From: Patescibacteria group bacterium
GTDB taxonomy: Bacteria > Patescibacteriota > Microgenomatia > UBA1400 > PJMF01
Assembly (NCBI GenBank): GCA_016861205.1
Contig: BOKX01000001.1
Coordinates: 136,539-200,538, forward strand
Reading direction: 5' to 3'
Length of the DNA: 64,000 nt
Shown: positions 32,135-41,889 of the stretch, piece after piece
How positions within the stretch are numbered: the stretch's first letter is position 1
Layout of the letters: every line of letters starts with the position of its first letter
Position numbers and translations under genes: made by a program
The notes under the pieces: generated by a model
Databases searched by the model: none
Seen by the model: the letters and a program-made list of their open reading frames with translations, nothing else
What the model was told of the DNA's origin: nothing

Positions 32135-33449
32135 GTTTCGCCGCCGCTATGTGCTGAGGTTTGAGCAAGGTTAACCAACAGCACATGCTGGCTGGTAAAC
32201 CAAGTGCCCGAAATTGCTGATAGAGTTGCCGATCAGTTACCGACGCGGTTGATGACGATGACAAGCAGTTGTCACATTGGGTACAGCTGAACATTTTTGC
32301 AGGCTCGCCAAAGTAGTTCAGCACAAATTGGTGGCGACAGCGCTTGGTTCTGACATAACGTTGTAGTGCCTGCCAACTCGCCAACGCACCCGGATGTTCG
32401 GGATTGACCATGTTGGCTGAGATTTTCTCAGCTGGTCGATAGTCCAGTATTACACACTCTGCCGGTTGGCCGTCGCGACCAGCCCGACCGGCTTCTTGGT
32501 AGTACTCTTCGAGGCTGGTTGGCAAGTGAAAATGGATAACACAGCGCACATCAGCTTTATCAATCCCCATCCCAAAGGCGCTCGTGGCGACCAACACTTC
32601 CAGCTCACCAGCCACGAACTGGTCTTGCAGTCGCTGGCGAGTGTCTGCTGGCAAACCAGCATGATACGCAGCAACTCGCAGCGGTTGGCAACGTCGCTCT
32701 AAAAACTGAGCCAGCTGTTCGCCTCCACTTTGACTAGAGACATAAATAATGGCTGGCCACTGTCTTTTGGCTAACAACCAATAGGCAATCATGAACTCAC
32801 GCTGCCAGCTGGTTTGGCACCGGAAAATGTGCAGGTGTAAGTTGGTGCGTCTAAAACTGGTAAAAATGCGCCGTGGTGAGCGCAACTGCAGTGTGGACAC
32901 GATTTCATCCTGAACCCGTGGAGTGGCGGTGGCCGTGACGGCCATGATGGTTGGCCGGCGGGGTAGCTGCGTAATAAACTCGGCAATCTTTACGTAGGCA
33001 GGTCGAAAGTCGTGCCCCCACTGGGAGATACAGTGTGCTTCATCGACTGCCAGCAGCGGGATGTTCGCCGATTGGCAGGCCTGTAGCAAGCTCGTTTGGC
33101 CCAGACGTTCAGGAGCGACGTACACCAGCTGCCAGTGTCCTGCTGCCAACTGTGCGGTTCTCTCCGCTAGTTCTGCTGGACTGAGCGTGCTGTTTAGATA
33201 GGTGCTTCTGATCTGTCGGCGGGTCAGCTGTGCCACCTGATCTTGCATGAGGGAAATCAGCGGCGAGATAACTAAGGTGGTGCCACCTAAGATGAGGCTC
33301 GGGACCTGAAAACACACCGACTTTCCCCCACCGGTTGGCAGCACTGCTAGTGTATCCTGTCCCGCCAGGACACTCTGGATACTTTCCAGCTGGCCAGGGC
33401 GAAAACTGGAGTAGCCGTAGTACTTTTGGAGGATCGAAATCGGGTCCAT
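32064..33449 (-). CDS. recQ: ATP-dependent DNA helicase RecQ (helicase core plus RQC zinc module, no HRDC).
   Basis: FRPGQ, LPTGGGKS, DEAHCISQWGHDFRPAY, and the Zn-binding cysteines CRHQFVLNYF...CTQCDNC. Confidence 0.9.
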   Translation of the reverse strand: MDPISILQKYYGYSSFRPGQLESIQSVLAGQDTLAVLPTGGGKSVCFQVPSLILGGTTLVISPLISLMQDQVAQLTRRQIRSTYLNSTLSPAELAERTAQLAAGHWQLVYVAPERLGQTSLLQACQSANIPLLAVDEAHCISQWGHDFRPAYVKIAEFITQLPRRPTIMAVTATATPRVQDEIVSTLQLRSPRRIFTSFRRTNLHLHIFRCQTSWQREFMIAYWLLAKRQWPAIIYVSSQSGGEQLAQFLERRCQPLRVAAYHAGLPADTRQRLQDQFVAGELEVLVATSAFGMGIDKADVRCVIHFHLPTSLEEYYQEAGRAGRDGQPAECVILDYRPAEKISANMVNPEHPGALASWQALQRYVRTKRCRHQFVLNYFGEPAKMFSCTQCDNCLSSSSTASVTDRQLYQQFRALGLPASMCCWLTLLKPQHIAAAKLIPGIGQGWLENWWQKIQHLCAF

Positions 33450-33534
33450 ACTGTCAAGTTACACGCCAAACCTTGCTTTAGGCTTTAGCACCTACTTTGA
33501 TACTAAAAGACACAGAAAAGAGGCGAAGTATGAA

Positions 33535-33596
33535 TTAGCAGACAAGATTGATCTCTGCTAATTTGATAAAAACCAAAATAGAATTGATTTATCAAT
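33535..33596 (-). terminator. Putative intrinsic terminator(s) after rarA. There are two hairpins: ATTGAT-N-ATCAAT overlapping the stop and followed by UAUUUUGGUUUUU, and an 8-bp stem TTAGCAGA..TCTGCTAA.
   Basis: Read on the minus strand immediately 3' of the rarA stop. U-rich tracts follow the hairpins. Confidence 0.35.
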
Positions 33597-34794
33597 CTAA
33601 ATTGAGGTATTTTCTTGAGGAGAGCTTTTTAGGCAGCAAACTCGCGTCTCGAGGTGGATAAGGTTGATAACCCTGCCCGTACCCAAGCTTTTTCATAAAC
33701 TTGGTGGGTGCGTTGCGCAGTTCGAGCGGAATTGGCAGGTTGCCGTGTTTCTCAACATCTGCCAGGGCAGCAAAGTAGGCATCGTAAGCCGAGCGATTTT
33801 TCTTGGCCAAGCTCAAGTAGACCGCGCCATGAGCTAGGTTAATCTGGGCCTCAGGATAGCCAATCTTGGTGACGGCATCAAAAACTGCATTGGCGACCAC
33901 CAGAGCAGTGGGTTGAGCTACGCCGATGTCTTCACTGGCGAAGATGACCATTCGCCGAGCGATAAACTTGGGGTCTTCCCCAGCCGCCACCATGCGGGCT
34001 AAGTAGTACAAGGCCGCATCGGGGTTGGAAGCGCGCATCGATTTGATGAAAGCACTGATGGTGTTGTAGTGTTCTTCGCCGGTTTGATCGTAGCGCAAAT
34101 GTGGTGATTCGAGACTGGCTTGAAGATGCTCAAGGCTCAAGTCACCGTACAGTTGCCATGAGGTGTCGATGAGGGTCAACAACTGGCGGGCGTCGCCGTT
34201 GGCGAATTGGATGAGCCAAGAGCGAGTGGCCTCATCAACTGTGGCGGGCGCTGCATCGGTTGCAGGTTGTGTATCAGCGGCCAAAGCGGTGATGCTACGA
34301 TCGATCAGCGCGTTCAACCCTACTTCACTCAACGACTCCAGTACATAGACCCGAGAGCGTGATAACAAAGCTGGGATGACTTCAAAGCTGGGGTTTTCGG
34401 TGGTGGCGCCGATTAAAATGATGGTTCCCTGCTCTACAAAAGGGAGAAGGTAATCCTGCTGGGCTTTGTTGAAGCGGTGTATTTCGTCCAAGAACAAAAC
34501 GGGGGCGGTGGCAGTTGGTGATTGGGTGGTGTCAGCAATAATTTGTTTGACATCGGCTTTGCCGGCGCTGACGGCAGAGAGTTCGATGAACGGATGACCA
34601 GTTTGCGAAGCTAAGATGCGGGCCAAGGTAGTTTTGCCAACTCCCGGTGGTCCCCAAAAAATCATCGAAAAGAGTTGCTGGCGTTCCACTGCTAAGCGCA
34701 AAGGTTTGTCGGGGCCGATGAGGTGAGTTTGGCCGGCGACTTCATCCAAAGTTTGGGGGCGAAGTTGGACAGCCAACGGAGCGTGAGATGGCAT
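33592..34794 (-). CDS. rarA: Replication-associated recombination protein A (RarA/MgsA AAA+ ATPase).
   Basis: [16 protein letters not shown] Walker [15 protein letters not shown]-terminal MgsA-type domain. Confidence 0.9.
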   Translation of the reverse strand: MPSHAPLAVQLRPQTLDEVAGQTHLIGPDKPLRLAVERQQLFSMIFWGPPGVGKTTLARILASQTGHPFIELSAVSAGKADVKQIIADTTQSPTATAPVLFLDEIHRFNKAQQDYLLPFVEQGTIILIGATTENPSFEVIPALLSRSRVYVLESLSEVGLNALIDRSITALAADTQPATDAAPATVDEATRSWLIQFANGDARQLLTLIDTSWQLYGDLSLEHLQASLESPHLRYDQTGEEHYNTISAFIKSMRASNPDAALYYLARMVAAGEDPKFIARRMVIFASEDIGVAQPTALVVANAVFDAVTKIGYPEAQINLAHGAVYLSLAKKNRSAYDAYFAALADVEKHGNLPIPLELRNAPTKFMKKLGYGQGYQPYPPRDASLLPKKLSSRKYLNLD

Positions 34795-34815
34795 GCCAAC
34801 AGTGTAGCAGTGAGC

Positions 34816-35832
34816 TTAGCTTTGGGAAAGATTTGGATTTTGGCTCAAAATCGCTCGAACCCGAGCTTTGCTGGTTTCCGTCACGGTCAGTTGGACGATG
34901 CCTTGGTCGGGTTGTCCATAAAAAATATGATGATTGAGAGGCAACAACAGCACCAGTGCTACCGCCGCTAGATCTTCTTCCCCATTAACTCGTAAGTGTT
35001 GGTTGAGGGTGGAGGTGGCGATAGATTTTTGGAGGGCGGCCACTAAGTGATGAGAAATGCTGCCGGGTGGGTTGTCGACGCGTTCAGTGACTGGTAGCTG
35101 GTCGATGACATCGGAAGTGACCGTTTGGCGAGCGCGTTTGTGGTCAAAGACCCCCAAATGATATGGCCAGCCATTCTCAATAAATGTTTCCAGACTGTTG
35201 TCCCCGACTACATAGCACTGCTCAGCTGCTGGTGGAGTGAAGTTGTGAAAAGGTGTCACGATTGGACCTTGTGGCTCGGCTAAAGCTCGGCGCTGGTCAC
35301 TCGTAAATGTCACATCTTGGTCCAAGGTTTTGACCCAGAGCCGACCTTCTCGGTCGATAGTGCCGGCTCGAATGCGGTCAGAGTGAATCTCGCCACCGGC
35401 TTCGTCTTTGACCATTGAGCACTGCAAAATCGGCAGCGGCTGAAACCCGCGTTCTTGACGGACTTTGTTGATTAGGTCCGCGCCGGGCTTGGTTTCATAC
35501 GTCACCCAGAGTGCGTCAACTTGGGAGTCATCCAAGGTGGGGCCGTAGGGATCAGTTAACTCAACCAACGTGACGTTGAGGTGATGTTGCTGGCAAAAGG
35601 TTTCGACCGCCTGCCACCGTGTAGCCATCGGTTCCAAACTTTCTGGGTAGGGCTTGTGACGAATGAGCGCGTCGCTGGTGATACCAATCAGTAGCCGGTC
35701 AGCCTGCTCAGCTGCCCGAAGTAAAAACTGGGCGTGACCAGCGTGAAAATGATCAAAGCTGCCGCCCATGCCGAAACAGTGAAACTTGGAAGAAGTGTCT
35801 GCCATAGGTATTTTGTGGAAGTCACCGGTCAA
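34816..35832 (-). CDS. Two-domain protein. The N-terminus is a nucleotidyltransferase of the archaeal-type phosphopantetheine adenylyltransferase / cytidylyltransferase class. The C-terminus is DUF359-like (archaeal-type GTP-dependent dephospho-CoA kinase).
   Basis: N-terminal GGSFDHFHAGH (HxGH) and IHSDRIRAG (ISSTxIR-like). A C-terminal domain of about 170 aa with VVGD and NGEEDLAAV motifs typical of COG1909/DUF359. Confidence 0.55.
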   Translation of the reverse strand: MTGDFHKIPMADTSSKFHCFGMGGSFDHFHAGHAQFLLRAAEQADRLLIGITSDALIRHKPYPESLEPMATRWQAVETFCQQHHLNVTLVELTDPYGPTLDDSQVDALWVTYETKPGADLINKVRQERGFQPLPILQCSMVKDEAGGEIHSDRIRAGTIDREGRLWVKTLDQDVTFTSDQRRALAEPQGPIVTPFHNFTPPAAEQCYVVGDNSLETFIENGWPYHLGVFDHKRARQTVTSDVIDQLPVTERVDNPPGSISHHLVAALQKSIATSTLNQHLRVNGEEDLAAVALVLLLPLNHHIFYGQPDQGIVQLTVTETSKARVRAILSQNPNLSQS

Positions 35833-36658
35833 CTAACTGCCAGTGGTGCTTCAAGTGATTATAGATGATTAAACCATCTTTGGTTAGGCCTTGGATGGCG
35901 TCTGCCAAGTGTGGTGAGGCCTGTGTTGTCGCAGCAAGTTCCTCATGACTAGCTGGTTGGTTGGTGAGGTGTTTTAAAATTTGGCCGCGAACCTGACGGC
36001 GGGAGCCTTGAAACTTGGATTGCGGGGTGTGATGACGGCTGCGTCGGCTGGGATTTGGGACCACTGTTTTTAAGTACGTGCCGTAGTCCATGAGAGCTGA
36101 GTACCAGTGACGAGGTTGGTCGGTATCGAGCGTGCTAGCTATCAAGGGTAGGAGGTCTTGATCGCTGACTTGGTCTTGACCAGGAAAAAAGTGGTAGAGA
36201 TACACGGTGCGAATGTTGGTTTCGATCACTAAACTGGGTTGATTGAAAGCAAACGCGGCGATAGCCGCAGCGGTGTAAGGACCAACCCCAGGCAAACGCT
36301 GGAGGTCTTTTTCTGAAGTTGGCAGTTGACCACCAAACTCAGCCATGACCATCTGAGCCGCCCGCTGCAAATTGAGGCCACGGCGGTTGTAGCCCAGACC
36401 TTGCCAAGCCGTGATGACTTGGGCTGGCGAGGCAGCCGCCAAACGAGCCAGATCAGGAAACTGTTGCAACCAGTTGGCAAACTTGGGTTTGACGCGTTCG
36501 ACTTGGGTTTGTTGGAGCATCAGTTCCGAGACTAATACGTGATATGGATCAAAAGTAGTTCGCCATGGCAAGTCGTGTCGTCCGTGTTGCGCAAAAAAAG
36601 CCAGCACCCAGCGTTGGAAAGCCGGCGTGTTAGGGGCTGAGTTGGTTGACATACTCAA
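35822..36658 (-). CDS. HhH-GPD DNA glycosylase, MutY/Nth-like catalytic domain, lacking the Fe-S cluster cysteines.
   Basis: HDLPWR..DPYHVLVSELMLQQTQV...LPGVGPYTAAAIAAFAFNQP...ETN. There is no CX6CX2CX5C cluster. Confidence 0.7.
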   Translation of the reverse strand: MSMSTNSAPNTPAFQRWVLAFFAQHGRHDLPWRTTFDPYHVLVSELMLQQTQVERVKPKFANWLQQFPDLARLAAASPAQVITAWQGLGYNRRGLNLQRAAQMVMAEFGGQLPTSEKDLQRLPGVGPYTAAAIAAFAFNQPSLVIETNIRTVYLYHFFPGQDQVSDQDLLPLIASTLDTDQPRHWYSALMDYGTYLKTVVPNPSRRSRHHTPQSKFQGSRRQVRGQILKHLTNQPASHEELAATTQASPHLADAIQGLTKDGLIIYNHLKHHWQLVDR

Positions 36659-37991
36659 TGTAAGCCTCGACGTTAAATTTACGGTTGGCGCCTGCGGCGT
36701 TCATGTATCTGATGGCCCCAAAAATAGGTCGCTCCACCCAGGGCCGATCGTGAACACCACCGATCGACCAGGCGATGCCAGTGTATCCATTCGGGTCTCG
36801 GCCATCAAGCTCATACGTGTCGTTTAAGTAAATGGCGATTTTTAGGGCGTCGGCTGGAGTACGCGTCCACTCCAAGATTTTTTTGGCCCAGTACATGCGC
36901 AAGTATCCGTGCATTTTGCCGCGGCGCACCATCTCCAGCTGGGCGGCGTTCCAGAGTGGGTCATGTGTTTGAGCAGCTTCAAACTCGGCTAAGGTGTAGT
37001 GATACTCGCGAGCGTCGCGGAGGTGTTTTTGCAAGGTGGTTTGCCCCCACTTTGGGAACCCAGTCACACTATCATACTCTGGCTGATACAGGCAAAAGTT
37101 ATCGGCCAGTTCACGCCGGACCAGCAGTTCTTCCAAGAAAGCAGCCCGGTCTTTGGCCGGAGCCGAGCTAGCTTGAACCTTGAGCGCGACTTGCTGAGCA
37201 CTGAGCTGTCCGAAGTGCAAGTAGGGCGACAAATCAGACTGGCCAAAGCGATTGGGGTCGTTGCGATGTTCGTCATAGCCGGCCAGTTTGGAAGACACAA
37301 ACTGCGACAAAGCAATGGTGGCAGCTGCAGAGCCAGGTGTGAGCCAAGTAACTGGTTTGACCACGCGGTTGAGGTGAAGTTTAGCTGCTACTGCGGTCCA
37401 GTTGGTTTTTTTGGTGGCTGGCAGGTCTTTGGTGCGTGGTTGATGTGGCACCTTGGGAAACTGTGTTAGAAAAGTTGGCCACAGGCGATGTAGTTTGGGC
37501 CGGATAGTTCTGGCTGCAAACTCTAGTTTGTCAGAAGCCAGCCAGGCCGGGACCACGTTGTGGGCATCCACTTCAATGACTGGAATGCTGAGCCGCTCGG
37601 CAATAGTTTCCCGCCATTTGCGGCCAACTTTGAGTGGTGAAAAATCACACACTACCCCGCCTATTTTATGTTTTTTGACAAAGGCTGGTAGTACCTTATG
37701 CGCTTCACCGATCAGAAGATAAAAAGGGATGTGGAGTTTGGCTAGTTCTGCTTCAACTTCAGCCAACCCTTGCAGCATGAAGTCATACTGTCGCCAGGTG
37801 GCACCTAAAAATCCTGGGCTTAAGCAAAACACCACTCCAAAACTGACCCCATGAGTTTGGGCGTTCGCCGCGGTGTGCAGTAAAGCCCAGTTTTGCTCAA
37901 CCCGTTGGTCCCGAGACATCCAGTACACCCACGGTCCGGTTTGGTATGGGTACTGGTTGAGTGGTCGCTGGCGACGAGGGTCGAGAGGCAT
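36630..37991 (-). CDS. Class II CPD deoxyribodipyrimidine photolyase.
   Basis: VYWMSRDQRVEQNWALL, DFSPLKVGRKW, EVDAHNVVP, THDPLWNAAQLEMVRRGKMHGYLRMYWAKKILEW and DGRDPNGYTGIAWSIGGVHDRPW give near-identity to class II photolyase signature blocks. Confidence 0.92.
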   Translation of the reverse strand: MPLDPRRQRPLNQYPYQTGPWVYWMSRDQRVEQNWALLHTAANAQTHGVSFGVVFCLSPGFLGATWRQYDFMLQGLAEVEAELAKLHIPFYLLIGEAHKVLPAFVKKHKIGGVVCDFSPLKVGRKWRETIAERLSIPVIEVDAHNVVPAWLASDKLEFAARTIRPKLHRLWPTFLTQFPKVPHQPRTKDLPATKKTNWTAVAAKLHLNRVVKPVTWLTPGSAAATIALSQFVSSKLAGYDEHRNDPNRFGQSDLSPYLHFGQLSAQQVALKVQASSAPAKDRAAFLEELLVRRELADNFCLYQPEYDSVTGFPKWGQTTLQKHLRDAREYHYTLAEFEAAQTHDPLWNAAQLEMVRRGKMHGYLRMYWAKKILEWTRTPADALKIAIYLNDTYELDGRDPNGYTGIAWSIGGVHDRPWVERPIFGAIRYMNAAGANRKFNVEAYIEYVNQLSP

Positions 37992-38131
37992 GGACTAAGT
38001 GTACACGCAAACAGTGAACTCTGATCAACCGTTTGGTGATTGCAAATCGGTACTGTGTTAACTATGGTACGCATATCGCAGGTTGTGTCATTTAAAATCT
38101 CTCACCCAGATATAGGCACTTTTCGTGAAAA

Positions 38132-38617
38132 ATGAGAAAACGCACTTGGACAGAAAACCAGCTCCGCACAGCAGCTAGTCAGGTTTTTAGCATCCGACAA
38201 CTCCTGACGAAGCTGGGCTTGCGTGAAGCAGGTGGTAATTACAAACAAATAAAACACTATTTGCAGTTGTACGGAATCGATACAGTACATTTTCGTGGTC
38301 GTGCATGGAACAAAGGTCTGACTGGCTGTGGTCAGCCCAGTGTTTCGCTCGAAAAAATACTAATTAAAGGTAGTCATTTTCAAAGTTTTAAGCTGAAGAA
38401 ACGTCTTTTCCAAGCGGGGCTAAAGTTACCAGTTTGTGAGTTATGTGGCTGGTCAGAAAAGGCAAAAGACGGTAGAATACCCGTTGAGCTGGACCACATC
38501 AATGGTCAGCCGACAGATAACCGACTTGAGAATTTGAGAGTTTTGTGCCCCAATTGCCATAGCCTGCAAGCTACACATCGGGGTAGGAACATTAAGAAAA
38601 AGTCGGCTCGGTGGTGA
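38132..38617 (+). CDS. HNH endonuclease.
   Basis: CELCGW...ELDHINGQPTDNRLENLRVLCPNCHS is an HNH motif with Zn-binding Cys pairs. Its 3' end overlaps the first 13 nt of tRNA-Leu(TAA). Confidence 0.8.
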   Translation: MRKRTWTENQLRTAASQVFSIRQLLTKLGLREAGGNYKQIKHYLQLYGIDTVHFRGRAWNKGLTGCGQPSVSLEKILIKGSHFQSFKLKKRLFQAGLKLPVCELCGWSEKAKDGRIPVELDHINGQPTDNRLENLRVLCPNCHSLQATHRGRNIKKKSARW

Positions 38618-38688
38618 AATTGGTAGACACGCAGCACTTAAAATGCTGTGCTCTTACGAGCATGTGGGTTCGATTCCCGCCCGGGCCA
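38605..38688 (+). tRNA. tRNA-Leu (anticodon TAA), type II.
   Basis: Acceptor GGCTCGG/CCGGGCC-A. Anticodon arm CAGCA-CTTAAAA-TGCTG. A 15-nt variable arm. T arm GTGGG-TTCGATT-CCCGC. Confidence 0.9.
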
Positions 38689-38854
38689 CTACGAGGGAAA
38701 ATGGACATGTTTTTCGAGAGTTCACACTCCCACCAGGGACAGATCGATCCCCTGCCTCGTCGATCGCGATTCGAACCAACTGTTGAAGCCAAGAAACCAG
38801 AGCCGAGTATCGCCTGGTTTTTGTTGATGATGATTTTTGTAACTCCCATGATGT

Positions 38855-40024
38855 TTGAATTTATTGAGTCTCTTGGACCGGTTTTACAAAAATAAGCCTA
38901 TGGTTAATCCAGAAACCTCACCACCTGCCGGTACAGTACTGCGGGTGACCGATTTTTTGACGGGGTTAAGCCTGCTGCAAAGTATTCAAGATTCCAAGAC
39001 GAAGAATTGGTCAAAAGTACCAGTGCCAATTATCGATGGCAAAGTTGCGTTGCAGCCTGGCCAACATTATGAAGTTCGGGTTAAACCTGACATGCGCCTG
39101 GCCCAAACAGGATTGGAGCCATTGTTTTGTCATTTGTTGCACATAGTAGTTCATGATGAAGGTGCCGAGATTGAAGGTAAAGAGCAAGCGGTTCCACGCT
39201 GGCGAAAGTTAGCCACGAGTTTACTTTTCCATGTTAACGGTTACCCAACTGACAAGCAGAAAGTTTGGTTGGGCTTAGATCCGCAGCACAACCAGCAAGC
39301 TTTTGGGCACAGTTTTGAGTTGGAGTATCTGGGCCATCCTGAAACGAGCTTGCGGGCGTTGTTTGAACAGCCATTTAGTGAAGAAGTTTTCTCATTATTT
39401 TCACAACTTGAACTGCCAGGTCGACCGCTTCGCGTGACTCGAAAAACCAAGGAACAGACTATTGAAAGAGGCATCAAACGAACTGTTTTGGTTGCTACAC
39501 CACTATTACATCGGCGTCTGTACAGAGAGCGAGGCGTTGATTTGAGTGGTGGTCACTATCCCCGACGGCGTAGTCAGTTGCCGAACTTCTCGTATGAAGC
39601 CGAGGTGGTTTTGTTCGCAGAGTTGGAAACCACAGTCATCCGAAAAACGACAGCTAAAGACTGGTCAGAGCTGCGTCAGCCACGCGACGTAAGTTTAAAT
39701 GTGGTCGCCCGTGATGAGCAAGGTGTGGTGCGCGTGTATAAAGCGATTGGGCCAGAGTTCCTGCGAGAGCAGTACTATACGGTCGGCGATGATGGTTTGC
39801 CAAAGCTCAAAAGTCGTCCTCGGCCTGAATCGTTGAAAGATGTTCTAGCGGCGATGGCTGATTTGGTTTATCAAGCAGAGTGGCCGCCCATTGATGACTT
39901 AACCAAACAAATTAAAGCTCGGGAAAGTTACAGCCAACTAGTTGAAGACACCTATGCCCGCTTGGCAAAGCGCCTGAGAAGCAAAAAGCGCACGCACGAG
40001 CTCAAGGGGAAGAAACTCAAGTAG
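38855..40024 (+). CDS. Hypothetical protein, 389 aa, very basic C-terminus.
   Basis: Long ORF between tRNA-Leu and tRNA-Pro. No recognised motif. Confidence 0.5.
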   Translation: MNLLSLLDRFYKNKPMVNPETSPPAGTVLRVTDFLTGLSLLQSIQDSKTKNWSKVPVPIIDGKVALQPGQHYEVRVKPDMRLAQTGLEPLFCHLLHIVVHDEGAEIEGKEQAVPRWRKLATSLLFHVNGYPTDKQKVWLGLDPQHNQQAFGHSFELEYLGHPETSLRALFEQPFSEEVFSLFSQLELPGRPLRVTRKTKEQTIERGIKRTVLVATPLLHRRLYRERGVDLSGGHYPRRRSQLPNFSYEAEVVLFAELETTVIRKTTAKDWSELRQPRDVSLNVVARDEQGVVRVYKAIGPEFLREQYYTVGDDGLPKLKSRPRPESLKDVLAAMADLVYQAEWPPIDDLTKQIKARESYSQLVEDTYARLAKRLRSKKRTHELKGKKLK

Positions 40025-40074
40025 TTGCAGTTCAACCAGTCTGGTACAATATAGCCTGGTTTTCATAGCCACTT

Positions 40075-40151
40075 CGGGGAATAGCTCAGATGGCTAGAGC
40101 GCACGCTTTGGGAGCGTGAGGCCGCAGGTTCGAGTCCTGTTTCCCCGACCA
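40075..40151 (+). tRNA. tRNA-Pro (anticodon TGG), with encoded CCA.
   Basis: Acceptor CGGGGAA/TTCCCCG-A-CCA. Anticodon arm CACGC-TTTGGGA-GCGTG. T arm GCAGG-TTCGAGT-CCTGT. Confidence 0.9.
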
Positions 40152-41677
40152 TTTAAGACAAGAGGGTGTTTGAGTAGGGTGTCGAAGGGTTCTTTTAGCC
40201 TGTACAGCGTTACTTTTTCTTCATCAATCCATAAGTTCAAGAAAATAATTCGCACAATTTGGTCTTTAACTTCTGGTGTTCCCGCTTTAATGGATAATCC
40301 AGCGTTTTTCGACAAGTTCAAGAAGTCTTCCAGCGTCAGTACGTCTTGCTCTAAGTCAGGCATGGCTTCCTTGAGTTTGTTGATATCTTCTTCAAGTTGA
40401 GCTTTTTGCTTGTCCAGTTCTTTGACTCTTTCCTCACCAATCTGTCTTACGGTAGAACCTTGTTCTTGGCTTAAGACTTGCAGAGCAACGTTGCGTAACT
40501 CCGTTGTAGTAACTTTGAGTAGACCTTGTTTTGAATGTAGTTCTGCCTCGAGTTTGGTTTTCTGTTTGGTCAGCACGTCAGTCATTTCTTGCAGGTAAAT
40601 TTGGTAATCTTTTTCGGTAAAGTTGAGTCCATCTTTGAGGAATTCATACAACCAATCAAGCACGACTTTGACTCTGACAGACTTCTTGGCTCGCCTGCAT
40701 CCAGTGGTTTCACACCTGAAATTAAGGTATCGTTTCCCACTGCCACCAGTTGAGGGACCAACGGTCATATTGCTGTCACAGAAAGAACACAGGACAAATG
40801 CCTTGAAGGGATAAAAAGTGTAGCGGTGGGTGTTAATTGGCATGAGTCGTGTACCAGATTGTGCCTGAATCTGGAAAAACTCTGCCTCACTTACCGCAGG
40901 TGCAAAGTCATACTTGGTTCGCAAATCAATCTGGTCATCTGCCTGTACCAATACTCCATAGTAAAAGGAATCACGAAAGATAATACTCAAGATTCGCTTG
41001 TCCATGTCCACTTTGCGACCAGTTGATTTAATCACACGGTGGTAGCCAAGAGCGTTGATGGTGTCAGCAATCTTCTCTAGCGACTCACCTTTGAGCTTCA
41101 TCTGCCAGGCTTCTTTAATCAGTTCATGGTTCTTGCCGTCAGGTTGATATCTGCCGAACTCATCAATAGTGTAACCATGTTTGGGGATATGGCTTCTGCC
41201 TTCACTGGCTTTTCTGACCATGCCACGAGTCACATCAGCCGAGAGCTTGTCGGAGTATTGTTTGGAGAGGACAAAGGCAAGTCCGAGCATCATCAAGCCA
41301 TTGGCATCCCGAGTAAAGTGGTGGGTGACAAACTTTAAGTCCTTGATGATGTCCTCATCAATCATGTCAATGACCTCACCACCTTCCTTCATGTTGCGAG
41401 CTAATCGGTCAGGGTTCCAGCACAGTATTCCATCGTATTTACCAGCTTGAATATCTTTGAGCATCTGCCGAAAAACAGGTCTTTTACCAGGTTTCTTGGC
41501 AGACTTCTGTTCAGTCAGTGGAGAGCCAACAACAGTCAAATTGAGGCGTTTGGCAAGCTGGAGGCACTCGGCAATTTGGTCAGGAATAGACCGAGCTTGA
41601 CGCTCAGGGTCATCGGTGGATTTGCGAGCGTAGAGGACATATTTGAGCTTGGTGTGGTCAACTTCATACTCCATCAC
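40094..41677 (-). CDS. Large serine recombinase (phage-type integrase/resolvase family).
   Basis: N-terminal YARKSTDDPERQARSIPDQ is the catalytic Ser motif. There is a recombinase domain, a zinc ribbon CSFCDS...CETTGC, and a C-terminal coiled coil. The last 19 or so codons are antisense to tRNA-Pro. Confidence 0.85.
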   Translation of the reverse strand: MMEYEVDHTKLKYVLYARKSTDDPERQARSIPDQIAECLQLAKRLNLTVVGSPLTEQKSAKKPGKRPVFRQMLKDIQAGKYDGILCWNPDRLARNMKEGGEVIDMIDEDIIKDLKFVTHHFTRDANGLMMLGLAFVLSKQYSDKLSADVTRGMVRKASEGRSHIPKHGYTIDEFGRYQPDGKNHELIKEAWQMKLKGESLEKIADTINALGYHRVIKSTGRKVDMDKRILSIIFRDSFYYGVLVQADDQIDLRTKYDFAPAVSEAEFFQIQAQSGTRLMPINTHRYTFYPFKAFVLCSFCDSNMTVGPSTGGSGKRYLNFRCETTGCRRAKKSVRVKVVLDWLYEFLKDGLNFTEKDYQIYLQEMTDVLTKQKTKLEAELHSKQGLLKVTTTELRNVALQVLSQEQGSTVRQIGEERVKELDKQKAQLEEDINKLKEAMPDLEQDVLTLEDFLNLSKNAGLSIKAGTPEVKDQIVRIIFLNLWIDEEKVTLYRLKEPFDTLLKHPLVLNGRGNRTRTCGLTLPKRAL

Positions 41678-41889
41678 ACCAGATTATCCCACGAAAAAAC
41701 AAAAACAGGAGTACATACCACGCTTTTCCTGTACTCTAACCAGCCTCCCTTGACCCACTCTCTGCCACAGCAGGGGTGGCACAGTAACCACGAAAACCTA
41801 ACAAAACATAACACATTAAAGGAAGCCTATAACTACAAAAAAGAGTCGAGGGTGATGCCATCTGAGTCATACCGTTATATAATACCCAC

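Noticed and set aside
38755-38795. A GATTCGAACC T-loop-like motif after tRNA-Leu(TAA), which suggested a second tRNA or a tRNA fragment.
   Set aside because: I could not build an acceptor or anticodon stem on either strand. It is probably a chance match.
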